Assembly: GCA_020632715.1 (NCBI GenBank)
Contig: JACKFA010000010.1
Location: 15,328-79,327, forward strand
Length of the DNA: 64,000 bases
Source of the DNA: Deltaproteobacteria bacterium
GTDB lineage: Bacteria; Myxococcota_A; UBA9042; PHBI01
Direction of reading: 5' to 3'
Shown piece after piece: positions 47,364 to 55,920 of this stretch. Numbering within the stretch: position 1 is the stretch's first letter; every line of letters starts with the position of its first letter. The notes below the pieces were generated by a model. The model was given only the letters and a program-made list of their open reading frames with translations. It did not search any database and was not told the origin of the DNA. The translations under genes and the position numbers were made by a program.

Positions 47364-48676
47364 TCCGAGGCGTTGGCCCCTTCTCCTCGATCCCGAAGGT
47401 CGACGTGGCGCTCCCCGAGCCGGTCTCGGCGCTCGGTGAGGCGTTCACGCTGCCCGACGACGCGCTCGACCCGCGCCCGGACGACGGCGACCGGCGCGAT
47501 CCCGACGGATCCCTGCTCGCGGGCGCGGCGCTCGGGCGACACGACGCCCAGGACGCGGCGCGGGCGGCGCGGCGCGACGGTCACGACGGCGTGGACGCGT
47601 CCGGCGGGCACCGGCGGCGCGGCGGGCGCGAGATGATCGCGCGGCCAGCCGAGGGCAGCGGCGATCCGGACGACGCGGCGCTGGCCGCGAAGAACGCGGC
47701 CGACAAGGCCACGCAGACGGTCGTCGCCGACGACGGCCTCGGCGGCGCCTTCGTGAGCGACGACGCGGCCCCGCCGCCGGCCCCGGAGGCGCCCGCGCGG
47801 GACGCGCGCGCGGCGGACGGCGAAGACCGCGCCGAGGCGCGGGGCGAGGGGCACAAGGTGGCGCACGGGGCGGCCGAGCGGCCGGTCCAGGCGCCGCCGG
47901 CCGAGGCGAAGGGCGACGGGAAGGGCGGCGACGGGCAAGGGCAGGCGCAGGCGCAGGCGCAGGGCAAGGACGCGGCCGCGGTCGACGCGGCGAAGAACGC
48001 GGGGACCGGCCCGCAGCAAGCGCAGTCGCAGGCGCAGGGCGGCACGGCGGGCGCGGCGCAGGCCGGGGCGCTGGGCGTTCCGGACGCCGGGAGCCTGCTC
48101 AGGCTCGCGGGCGCGGGCGGGAAGCCCGCGGGCGCGGGCGACGCGGCGTCGCGGCTCGTGGGGGTCGGCGAGATCGACCCGCTGCTCGGGCCGGACGCGA
48201 TGGGGAGCGCGGCGGCGCGGGGCGCGGCGGCGCAGAAGGTGGTCCCGGTGACGCCGGGGCAGCCGCTCGCGGATCAGCTCGCGGACGCCGTGCGCGACAT
48301 GGTGAACGGCGACGCGGGCGGGGACCTCATCCGCTTCGAGGCGAAGGACATCGGGCGCTTCACGGCGCTCGTGCAGCACGACGGGCGCGAGCTCCTCGTG
48401 CACCTGCGGGCCGACGACGCCGCGACGCGCGCGCTCCTCGAGCAGCGTCTGCCCGACGTGAAGGCGGCGCTCGAGCGGGCGGGGCTCGCGTCGGGCGGGG
48501 TCGACGTGCGGGCCGACGGCGGCGCGGGCGGCGGAAGTGAACGGCATTCACAGGGGCCGTCCGACGGCGCGGCGGGCGTCGCGGGGGCGCCCGGGGCGCG
48601 GCGCGGCGGGGCGCGGCACGCGGTGGTCGACGGGGCGAGCGGGGCGGAGCCGGGGCGGCTCCACATCATCGCGTAG
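47360..48676 (+). CDS. fliK: Flagellar hook-length control protein FliK
   Basis: Low-complexity Ala/Gly/Gln/Asp-rich N-terminal two-thirds. C-terminal Flg_hook-like LIRFEAKDIGRFTALVQHDGRELLVHLRADDAATRALLEQRLPDVKAALERAGL. The GTG start overlaps the upstream stop. Confidence 0.75.
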   Translation: MIRGVGPFSSIPKVDVALPEPVSALGEAFTLPDDALDPRPDDGDRRDPDGSLLAGAALGRHDAQDAARAARRDGHDGVDASGGHRRRGGREMIARPAEGSGDPDDAALAAKNAADKATQTVVADDGLGGAFVSDDAAPPPAPEAPARDARAADGEDRAEARGEGHKVAHGAAERPVQAPPAEAKGDGKGGDGQGQAQAQAQGKDAAAVDAAKNAGTGPQQAQSQAQGGTAGAAQAGALGVPDAGSLLRLAGAGGKPAGAGDAASRLVGVGEIDPLLGPDAMGSAAARGAAAQKVVPVTPGQPLADQLADAVRDMVNGDAGGDLIRFEAKDIGRFTALVQHDGRELLVHLRADDAATRALLEQRLPDVKAALERAGLASGGVDVRADGGAGGGSERHSQGPSDGAAGVAGAPGARRGGARHAVVDGASGAEPGRLHIIA

Positions 48677-48706
48677 GCGAGAGACACGGAGAGGGGAGGG
48701 GACGAC

Positions 48707-49501
48707 ATGGCGGACATCAGCAGCGTGGCGCAGTCGCCGTACGCGCCGTCGACGACGACGCAGACGACGTCGACGCCGAACGGCACGATCGGCAAGGACG
48801 ACTTCATGAAGCTGCTCGTGGCGCAGCTCTCGCACCAGGACCCGCTCGAGCCGAGCGACCCGTCCCAGTTCGTGAGCCAGCTCTCGCAGTTCAGCTCGCT
48901 CGAGCAGCTCGTGAACATGAAGGAGGGGCTCGACCTCCTCGCGATCACGGAGACGGCCGGCACGAGCGCGCAGATGGTGTCGTTCATCGGCAAGACCGTC
49001 GAGTTCGACGGCGTGGGCGTGCCCTGGAAGGAGGGCGGGACGCCGGCGGTCGTGAACTGGGAGACGACGAAGGACGCCGCGAAGGTCACGGTGACGGTGA
49101 CCGACAGCAAGGGCAGCGTCGTGCGGAAGGACGTGCTCGGCGAGGCGAACGCCGGGGCGCACTCGTACCAGTTCGACGGGCTCGACGATCAGCGGAAGGC
49201 GCTCCCGGACGGCACCTACAGCGTGACGATCACGGCCGAGACCGTCGATGGGGACGCGATCCCGGTCACGCAGAAGAGCACGGGCGTCGTGACCGGCGTC
49301 ACGTTCGCGAACGGCTACCCGCAGCTGATGCTCGCGGACGGCCGCACCATCGGGCTCGCGCAGGTCATCCAGATCCTCGACGGCGCGCTGGCCGCGGCGG
49401 CCGCGCAGCCGGCGGCGGAGGCGGAGCCCGTGGCGGAGCCGGCCGCGAACCCCGAGCCGCACTCGGGCGCGAGCGCGGAGGAGCCGTTCGAGCGCCTGTG
49501 A
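48707..49501 (+). CDS. flgD: Flagellar hook capping/assembly protein FlgD
   Basis: IGKDDFMKLLVAQLSHQDPLEPSDPSQFVSQLSQFSSLEQLVNM, followed by a FlgD Ig-like C-terminal part. Confidence 0.92.
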   Translation: MADISSVAQSPYAPSTTTQTTSTPNGTIGKDDFMKLLVAQLSHQDPLEPSDPSQFVSQLSQFSSLEQLVNMKEGLDLLAITETAGTSAQMVSFIGKTVEFDGVGVPWKEGGTPAVVNWETTKDAAKVTVTVTDSKGSVVRKDVLGEANAGAHSYQFDGLDDQRKALPDGTYSVTITAETVDGDAIPVTQKSTGVVTGVTFANGYPQLMLADGRTIGLAQVIQILDGALAAAAAQPAAEAEPVAEPAANPEPHSGASAEEPFERL

Positions 49502-49616
49502 GCGTGGGCGTCGCGCCCGCGCGGATCGAGTCACACACACACATCGCTAGAAGAGCCGCAAAGCACACTCACCGTCCGCTAATCGGACCGCATCGCAGCA
49601 CCCAGGGGGGGACCTC

Positions 49617-50897
49617 ATGAGCATCTTCTCGTCGCTCTACGTCGGCATGTCGGGCATGCGCACCAACGAAGGCGCGATCAGCGTCATCGGCAACAACATC
49701 GCCAACGTGAACACGGTCGGCTTCAAGGCGAGCCGCGCGGTCTTCGCGGACATCCTGAGCCAGACGATCCTCGGCTCGGCCGGCGCGACGCAGCAGGGGC
49801 AGGGCGCCGCGCTCGCCGCGGTGCAGCGCCTGGTCACCCAGGGGGCGCTGCTCGGGACGAACGTCACGACGGACCTCGCCATCAACGGCGACGGCTACTT
49901 CATCGTCGGCGAGGACCCGGGCGGCCACCAGTACACGCGCAACGGGCAGCTCCAGATCGACGAGAACGGCTACCTGACGACGGTCGAGGGGCTGCGCCTC
50001 CAGGGGTACGCGGCGACGGACGGCGTGCTCGCGACGCGCCTCTCGAGCCTCGAGGTCAACAGTATCCAGGCGCCGCCGCTCGCGACGACCGAGATCGCGA
50101 TGGACGTGCAGCTGAACCGCGCCGACTTCGAGCCGCTGAACGCCGTCTTCGACGTCAACGACCCCGAGGGGACCTCGCAGTACCAGCAGTCGATCACGGT
50201 CTACGACTCGCTCGGCGAGGCGCATCAGGTCGAGGTCTACTTCACGCAGACGTCGCCCGGTCAGTGGGAGTGGAACGCGGTGGTCCCGCAGGGCGACATC
50301 GACGGGACCGACACCCGGGACGGCACGGTGGTCGCGGCCGGGTCGCTGGTCTTCGACGAGCAGGGGAACCTGCAGACGGAGAACCAGAGCCAGTCGACGG
50401 TGCAGTTCTTCGGCGCGGCGCCGCAGGACCTCACGTTCGACTTCGGCGAGGCCATCGACGACGGCGGCGACGGCTCGGGCTCCTCGTCCTACGCGGCCAC
50501 GAGCTCGCTCAACTTCGTGAACCAGAACGGCTACGGGGTGGGCACGCTCAGCTACCTCGAGATCGACCCCGACGGGAACATCACGGGGACGTTCACGAAC
50601 GGCCGCGAGCAGCTCCTCGGGCGCCTCGCGCTCGCGCGCTTCCAGGCGCCGGACCAGCTGAACGCCCTCGGCGACAACCTCTTCGCGGAGAGCGAGATGA
50701 GCGGCGAGCCGATCATCGGCGTCGCCAACACGGGCGGGCGCGGGGAGATCTTCAGCGGCGCCCTCGAGCAGAGCACCGTCGACCTCACGAACGAGTTCAC
50801 GCAGCTCATCACGGCGCAGCGCGGCTTCCAGGCGGCGAGCCGCACGATCACGACGGCCGACGAGATGCTCGTCGAGGTCGTGAACTTGAAGCGGTAG
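49617..50897 (+). CDS. flgE: Flagellar hook protein FlgE
   Basis: N-terminus MSIFSSLYVGMSGMRTNEGAISVIGNNIANVNTVGFK and C-terminus LEQSTVDLTNEFTQLITAQRGFQAASRTITTADEML. Confidence 0.93.
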   Translation: MSIFSSLYVGMSGMRTNEGAISVIGNNIANVNTVGFKASRAVFADILSQTILGSAGATQQGQGAALAAVQRLVTQGALLGTNVTTDLAINGDGYFIVGEDPGGHQYTRNGQLQIDENGYLTTVEGLRLQGYAATDGVLATRLSSLEVNSIQAPPLATTEIAMDVQLNRADFEPLNAVFDVNDPEGTSQYQQSITVYDSLGEAHQVEVYFTQTSPGQWEWNAVVPQGDIDGTDTRDGTVVAAGSLVFDEQGNLQTENQSQSTVQFFGAAPQDLTFDFGEAIDDGGDGSGSSSYAATSSLNFVNQNGYGVGTLSYLEIDPDGNITGTFTNGREQLLGRLALARFQAPDQLNALGDNLFAESEMSGEPIIGVANTGGRGEIFSGALEQSTVDLTNEFTQLITAQRGFQAASRTITTADEMLVEVVNLKR

Positions 50898-51162
50898 TCG
50901 CGGTCGGGGGCGCGACGGCGCGGCTCCGTGACGCGAGGCGGGCGGCGGCCCGCCCGCGCCGTCCGCGGCCCGCGCGCCGGAGGACGCCATGAACCCCGAT
51001 CAGTTCGTCGCGCTCTTGCTCGCCGAGGTTCCGGAGCTCGCCCCCACCGCGCGCGAGCACCTGAACGACTACGACGGGGGCTCGGCGCCCGCGCTCCGCG
51101 CTCGACATCCGCGCCGCCCGAGGGCATTCTCATGGCACGTCGGTCCGAAGGGAGTGTCCTCG

Positions 51163-51717
51163 ATGAGTCACAACGAGAGAGTTGCGCCTTCCCAGCGCGC
51201 CGCGCAGGCCCCTGCGGCCGCGGCCTCCGACGTCGCCCCGAGCGCGGGCGTCCAGCTCAAGCGCTCCATGGCGGGCATGGACTTCGCGGCGCAGGAGGCG
51301 GCGCTCGCGCCCGTCCAGCGCCACGGCGGCGGCGACGGCACCGCGGGCGTGCACGAGGCGGCCGCGGCCGGCATCGCCTCGGGCGGCGGCGCGATGCCGC
51401 ACGCGGACACGATCCAGAAGGCCTTCGGCTCGCACGACATCTCGGGCGTCCAGGCCCACACGGGGAGCCAGGCGTCCGAGGCCAGCAAGGCCATGGGCGC
51501 CGAGGCGTACGCGACCGGCAACCACGTCGTCTTCGGCAGCGCCCCCGACCTCCACACCGCGGCGCACGAGGCCGCGCACGTCGTGCAGCAGCGCGACGGC
51601 GTCTCGCTCGCGGGCGGCGTCGGCAAGGCGGGCGACTCCTACGAGCAGCACGCCGACAAGGTCGCCGACGCGGTCGTCGCCGGGAAGTCCGCCGAGGGCC
51701 TCCTCTCGCAGAAGTAG
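51163..51717 (+). CDS. DUF4157-family protein (HExxH-containing domain often found at the N-termini of toxins or eCIS-associated proteins)
   Basis: [43 protein letters not shown]...[16 protein letters not shown]-like GAAGGGAG lies upstream of ATG 51163, which is internal to ORF 50989..51717. Confidence 0.75.
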   Translation: MSHNERVAPSQRAAQAPAAAASDVAPSAGVQLKRSMAGMDFAAQEAALAPVQRHGGGDGTAGVHEAAAAGIASGGGAMPHADTIQKAFGSHDISGVQAHTGSQASEASKAMGAEAYATGNHVVFGSAPDLHTAAHEAAHVVQQRDGVSLAGGVGKAGDSYEQHADKVADAVVAGKSAEGLLSQK

Positions 51718-52101
51718 CGCCCGCGCGCGTAGCCGGGGGCGGGTTGCTCCACGGAACCCGCCGTGCCCCGTACCTCCCTGGTCGTCCCGTCTCGGGCCTC
51801 GACCCCGCGGCGACCGACCGAGCACCCGACGCGGTGCCGCGCGGTCGCGACGCCGTGGTGCGCGCGGAAGTTGCTGAGATCACGGGGCAACCGCCCCGCG
51901 CAGCGCGATCGTCAGGGCGTGACGCCACCTGTACCGGGGCGCATCGCCCCACCCCCTGAGCGGATCGCCCCCCGCTGCCCCACCGTCGGGTCGGACCCCG
52001 CCACCGATCCGTGAGCGCGCGCCCGCTCGCGCGCGTCGCGTGCGCCTCGGGGGCCCTTCGTGGGCGAGCGCGGAAACCCTTTTGTATCCGAGGGGCTCGC
52101 G

Positions 52102-52116
52102 TGGAATGGAGGTTGC
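52102..52116 (+). promoter_or_regulatory. Sigma54-type promoter TGGAATGGAGGTTGC
   Basis: Correct GG-N10-GC spacing and a TTGC -12 element. It lies 134 nt upstream of ATG 52250. Its core closely resembles the fliM promoter (TGGCATGGAAGTTGC). Confidence 0.55.
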
Positions 52117-52249
52117 AGCCGAGGGGCGCGGTCGCCGCGGAGCTCTCCGCGTCGGCTCTCACCCTGCCCCTGGGGCGACGTCGCGTGCGGCTTTGGCGAG
52201 CGGACACGCGGCACCACCGCTCCCAAACCTGCATCAAGCGAGGAAACCC

Positions 52250-53614
52250 ATGCGAAGCATTCGCCTTGGCACATCCGTCGTGTCGGCCGCGGCCATTCTG
52301 GCCTGTGGCGCGCTCGCGAGCTGTGCGAACGACGCCACACCGAACGACCCCACCACCACCGACCAGCCCGCCGTCGTACCTGACGTGACCTCCCTCGGGC
52401 TCCGCTTCGACGTCGTCGGCGACACCGAGACCTCGTGCGGCAACGCTGCGGGCGTCCACGTCTCCATCGCGATGGGCGAGGACACGCAGGAGTGCACGGC
52501 CATGTGGGCCGACGCCACCATCAGCGACCCGTACACCGGGGACGCGGCGGACGACGGCGCTCACCACGTCGCCGACTGCTTCTTCGTGCTCTCACCCGGC
52601 GAGTGGAGCATCACCGACGTGAGCGCCATCGGCGACGATGGCGAGCCGCTCGAGTGCTGCGAGAGCGACTGGCCGTCGAAGGCCCTCGTCAGCGAGGGGA
52701 GCACGCGCGAGATCGGCGTGCCGATCTCCTGCGACGTCGTCGGTAGCGGCGCGCTCGACATCTACGGCTGGCTCAACCTGCCGCCCTACATCACGAACCT
52801 GACCATCAGCCCGTCGAAGTTCGTGACCCCCTGCTACCCGATCGCGCTCGATGTCGAGGCGACGGACGTCGAGGGTGACGCGCTCAGCTACGACTGGATG
52901 GTCACCGACTCCCCGGACGGCGCGGACTACCTCCTCGACGAGGACGGCGCCCACGCCGACTTCGCCGCCGACACCGAGGGCGACTACACGCTCGCCGTCA
53001 CCGTCACCGACGGCCCGCACGGCGAGGTCGCGAGCCTCGAGTTCCCGATCCACGTGAGCGGCGAGCCCGACCCGCAGTGCGACCTCGGCGGCCCGCTCGC
53101 GGCGCTCCAGGTGCAGATGGTCGACGACGCCGATCCCGTCACGGCCGGCGCCGACGTCCACATGAGCTCGATCCTCTACAACGAGGACGACTCCGGTGAG
53201 TCCCTGACCGACATCGCCGTCGACTTCAGCTTCGGCGCGCCGGTCGTCACCCCGCCCATGAGCGGCTTCTTCACGCCGGCGGACACCGAGGTCCTCTACG
53301 ACCCCGATCCGAACGTCAACACGACGACCGGCCAGGTGACCGGTACGCCCAGCGGCAGCGCCTACGCGCTCGTCGAGGGCACCGACTACGACGTCGTCGC
53401 GACGAGCACCGGCATGCAGCAGCTCGCGTTCCACGTCGATCTCGCGGCCGACGCCGCGATCATCGTGAACCACACGCTCGACACGGGCTCGGCGACCCCG
53501 CCCGACGACTACGACAGCTCCGCCGTCTGGACCGCCAACGGGATGGACACCGGTGAGGCGTACAGCGCGCTCACCGGCGAGAGCACGACCGTGGAGGTGG
53601 AGGCCCCGTTCTGA
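52250..53614 (+). CDS. Lipoprotein, paralog 1: Cys-rich N-domain, Ig/PKD-like domain, and a ~190-aa C-terminal extension
   Basis: SD GAGGAA. Lipobox AAAILACGALASC. About 55-60 % identical by eye to the 54188 product over about 250 aa, including 7 conserved Cys and ISPSKF...DYTLAVTVTD. Confidence 0.75.
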   Translation: MRSIRLGTSVVSAAAILACGALASCANDATPNDPTTTDQPAVVPDVTSLGLRFDVVGDTETSCGNAAGVHVSIAMGEDTQECTAMWADATISDPYTGDAADDGAHHVADCFFVLSPGEWSITDVSAIGDDGEPLECCESDWPSKALVSEGSTREIGVPISCDVVGSGALDIYGWLNLPPYITNLTISPSKFVTPCYPIALDVEATDVEGDALSYDWMVTDSPDGADYLLDEDGAHADFAADTEGDYTLAVTVTDGPHGEVASLEFPIHVSGEPDPQCDLGGPLAALQVQMVDDADPVTAGADVHMSSILYNEDDSGESLTDIAVDFSFGAPVVTPPMSGFFTPADTEVLYDPDPNVNTTTGQVTGTPSGSAYALVEGTDYDVVATSTGMQQLAFHVDLAADAAIIVNHTLDTGSATPPDDYDSSAVWTANGMDTGEAYSALTGESTTVEVEAPF

Positions 53615-53952
53615 TCCGACAGCGGGACGGAGCGGACGCACCACCGCGTGCTGGCGGCCCAGGCCGCCGGCGACGTGGTGGGCGATGAAGAAGGAGCGCG
53701 GACCGGCCACGACTTTTGGCGAGCGGATGACCGGCCCGCGCCCCTGGTTGCATCAAGCAAACCCACGACGAGTATAATGACGAAGCCCATCTTTGGTTAC
53801 CAATTTGTCTCCGGCGCGAAGGCGATGATGTCACTCGACATCGCGCCCGACGCGGAGAATGCCTGGCATATCGGCGCGGCGCTCGACGCCGCGGCGACGC
53901 CCGCTCGGCGTCACGGCTCCGCTTCCGCTGCGGACTCGACGCCGGTGGCGAG

Positions 53953-54006
53953 CCAGGTCTCGCGACGAATCGCCCCAGGCCAGGTCGATCGCGACGATTC
54001 GCCCCA
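53953..54006 (+). repeat. Direct repeat CCAGGTC(N1-3)TCGCGACGAWTCGCCCCA x2 (27-bp period); a third TCGCGACGGA copy at 54027
   Basis: Read directly from the sequence. It lies 40-110 nt upstream of the sigma54 promoter at 54064. Confidence 0.7.
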
Positions 54007-54063
54007 CCTCCTCGCGCGCCCCGAGTGTCGCGACGGAAGTGCCACGCGGGCGTCTGCGGCACA

Positions 54064-54078
54064 TGGCACGGCGATTGC
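54064..54078 (+). promoter_or_regulatory. Consensus sigma54 promoter TGGCACGGCGATTGC
   Basis: Exact match to TGGCACG-N4-TTGC. It lies 110 nt upstream of GTG 54188. Confidence 0.75.
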
Positions 54079-54187
54079 GACACGGGAATTGGTCGCCGGA
54101 CAGGCGACGGGAGCGACGACGGGGACTTTGGCGAGTGGCCCGACGACGCTCCGGACAGCATCAACGAACCCAACAGGAGAACTCTCA

Positions 54188-55084
54188 GTGAACACCACGG
54201 GATTGAAAAAGACACTTCTCGGCCTCGGCGCCCTCGCGCTGGCCACCCCGTTCTTCGGCGCCTGCGCGGACGCGGTCGCCAACGACCCCTCGACCACCGA
54301 CCTCACACCCGACAGCTCCGTGATGGCGCTCCGCTTCGAGTCCATCGGTGAGACCCAGACCGCGTGCGGCGAGGCCGCGGGCATCCGTGTGGAGATCGCC
54401 CCCGCCGACGACGCGTCGGCGACCCAGAGCTGTGAGGCCTACTGGGCCCCCGCCACGGTGAGCGACCCCTACACGGGCGACGCCGCGGATGACGGCGAGC
54501 ACATGGTCGCCGACTGCTTCTTCGTGCTCGAGCCGGGCACCTACGACATCCAGTCCGTCGAGGTCATCGGCAACGAGGGCGACGCGCTCGAGTGCTGCGA
54601 CGCCGACTACCCGGCCACGGCCGACGTGACGGAGGGCGAGACGACCGAGTTCGGCGCCGAGCTCTCGTGTGACGTGATCGGCAGCGGCGCGCTCGACGTG
54701 TACGGGTGGCTGAACCGCGCCCCGGTGGTCATGCAGATGACCATCTCGCCGTCGAAGTTCGCCGAGACGTGCGGCCTCATCCAGGTCGACGCCCAGGCCG
54801 AGGATCCCGAGGGTGACACGGTCATGTATGACTGGGAGGTGACCTACGCCCCGGACGGCGCGACGTACACCGCCGACAGCGACGGCAGCACCTTCTTCTT
54901 CGCCGCCACGGCGATGGGCGACTACGGGGTCACCCTGACGGTGTCGGACGAGCATGGCGAGTCGACGTCGCTCTCCTTCCCGCTCCACGTCACGAGCGAG
55001 GGTGAGGGCGACTGCACTGGCGACATCACCGGTGGGCTCGTCCAGGACGCGCTCGACGCGCTCGGCCTCGGTGACGGTGGCTGA
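54188..55084 (+). CDS. Lipoprotein, paralog 2: Cys-rich N-domain plus Ig/PKD-like domain
   Basis: SD AGGAGA lies 7 nt before GTG. Lipobox LALATPFFGAC. Collinear with paralog 1 (VADCFFVL, LECC, VIGSGALDVYGWLN, ISPSKF). Confidence 0.75.
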   Translation: MNTTGLKKTLLGLGALALATPFFGACADAVANDPSTTDLTPDSSVMALRFESIGETQTACGEAAGIRVEIAPADDASATQSCEAYWAPATVSDPYTGDAADDGEHMVADCFFVLEPGTYDIQSVEVIGNEGDALECCDADYPATADVTEGETTEFGAELSCDVIGSGALDVYGWLNRAPVVMQMTISPSKFAETCGLIQVDAQAEDPEGDTVMYDWEVTYAPDGATYTADSDGSTFFFAATAMGDYGVTLTVSDEHGESTSLSFPLHVTSEGEGDCTGDITGGLVQDALDALGLGDGG

Positions 55085-55110
55085 TGCCTGAACGATGACG
55101 ACCTCTGCAG

Positions 55111-55136
55111 GGCCTGGAGCGCGCGCGCTCCGGGCC
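55111..55136 (+). terminator. GC-rich hairpin (13-bp arms, one G-U pair) followed by TTGCTCGTT
   Basis: GGCCTGGAGCGCG/CGCGCTCCGGGCC palindrome 27 nt after the paralog-2 stop. Confidence 0.45.
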
Positions 55137-55197
55137 TTGCTCGTTCCGGAGCCCGACGACCGGACACCCCGCGCGCGCAGAACGACCGGAGCCCCAC

Positions 55198-55650
55198 GTG
55201 ACCGAATCCAACCTGAACCGCCGCACCCTCCTCGTGCTCGCAGCCGCGGCGGCGAGCTTCCTCATCCTCTCGGGCCTCGCCTTCGGCGACGCGGGCGGCC
55301 CGCTCGCGGCGCCGCCGGCCGACGAGCCCGCCCCGCCGCGCATCGTCGACGTGGACATCGCGCCGTCGAAGTTCACGCGGGCCTGCCAGGTCGTGACGCT
55401 GACGGCGCGCGCGACGGATCCGAACGGCGACGACGTCGCGTACGCCTGGGCGGTCGTGCCGGCGGCGGGCGCGGCGCTCGGCGCGGACGGGGCGCGCGTG
55501 CGCTTCGCGGCCGATCGCGCCGGGGACTACACGGTCCGCGTGACGACGCGCGACGACGGCGGGCGCAGCGCGTCGCTCGCGATCCCGCTCCACGTGACGG
55601 GGCCGGCGGGCGCGTGCGACCCGGCGGCGCTCGTCGGCGACGAGGACTGA
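55198..55650 (+). CDS. Secreted protein, paralog 3: the Ig/PKD-like domain only
   Basis: GTG start. Hydrophobic N-terminus LLVLAAAAASFLILSGLAFG. IAPSKFTRACQVVTLTARATDPNGDDVAYAW...GDYTVRVTTRDDGGRSASLAIPLHV matches the Ig-like module of paralogs 1 and 2. Confidence 0.6.
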   Translation: MTESNLNRRTLLVLAAAAASFLILSGLAFGDAGGPLAAPPADEPAPPRIVDVDIAPSKFTRACQVVTLTARATDPNGDDVAYAWAVVPAAGAALGADGARVRFAADRAGDYTVRVTTRDDGGRSASLAIPLHVTGPAGACDPAALVGDED

Positions 55651-55689
55651 CGACCGCCGCGCCGCTCCGGGCCCCAACTACGGTGCGCT

Positions 55690-55711
55690 TCATCCTCCAT
55701 TTGGAGGATGA
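55690..55711 (+). terminator. Hairpin TCATCCTCCA-TT-TGGAGGATGA
   Basis: Perfect 10-bp inverted repeat 40 nt after the stop at 55650. There is no U-tract. Confidence 0.35.
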
Positions 55712-55920
55712 CCGCTCGAGCGTAGCGGCGAAGATGGTGGCGTGCGGTGACGCACCCAGTCCGGGGCATCGGCTGCGCACACTGCGCAAGTGCATGGCCG
55801 ATGCCCTGGGCCCGCGTCGCAGGGCGCACCGAACGCGGGGCGAGGGCGGGCCGACTGCGGCGACCGGGCGCGAGCCTCTCGCGGGCCGTCACGAGCCGAG
55901 CGTCGGCGACGTTTCCACGA

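Noticed and set aside
49532-49544. (CA)6 dinucleotide run in the flgD-flgE spacer as a phase-variation tract
   Set aside because: It is short and non-coding, lies about 70 nt from the flgE start, and has no obvious promoter spacing role. There is no evidence beyond its presence.
51134-51148. TGGCACGTCGGTCCG upstream of the DUF4157 gene
   Set aside because: The -24 box is perfect, but the -12 position reads TCCG, with no GC dinucleotide at the required spacing.
51904-51926. CGCGATCGTCAGGGCGTGACGCC, similar to one arm of the 38876 inverted repeat, as a second enhancer site
   Set aside because: It is not rejected outright but cannot stand alone. No inverted partner is present, and the shared 11-mer CGCGATCGTCA also occurs within coding sequence at 6332. 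Chance similarity built from common GC-rich codons is plausible.
53778-54187. Upstream in-frame extension (MTKPIFGYQFVSG...) as the true start of the 54188 lipoprotein
   Set aside because: It would bury the signal peptide and lipobox about 137 residues inside the protein. The stretch has a weaker coding signal, contains the consensus sigma54 promoter and direct repeats, and a good SD precedes GTG 54188.
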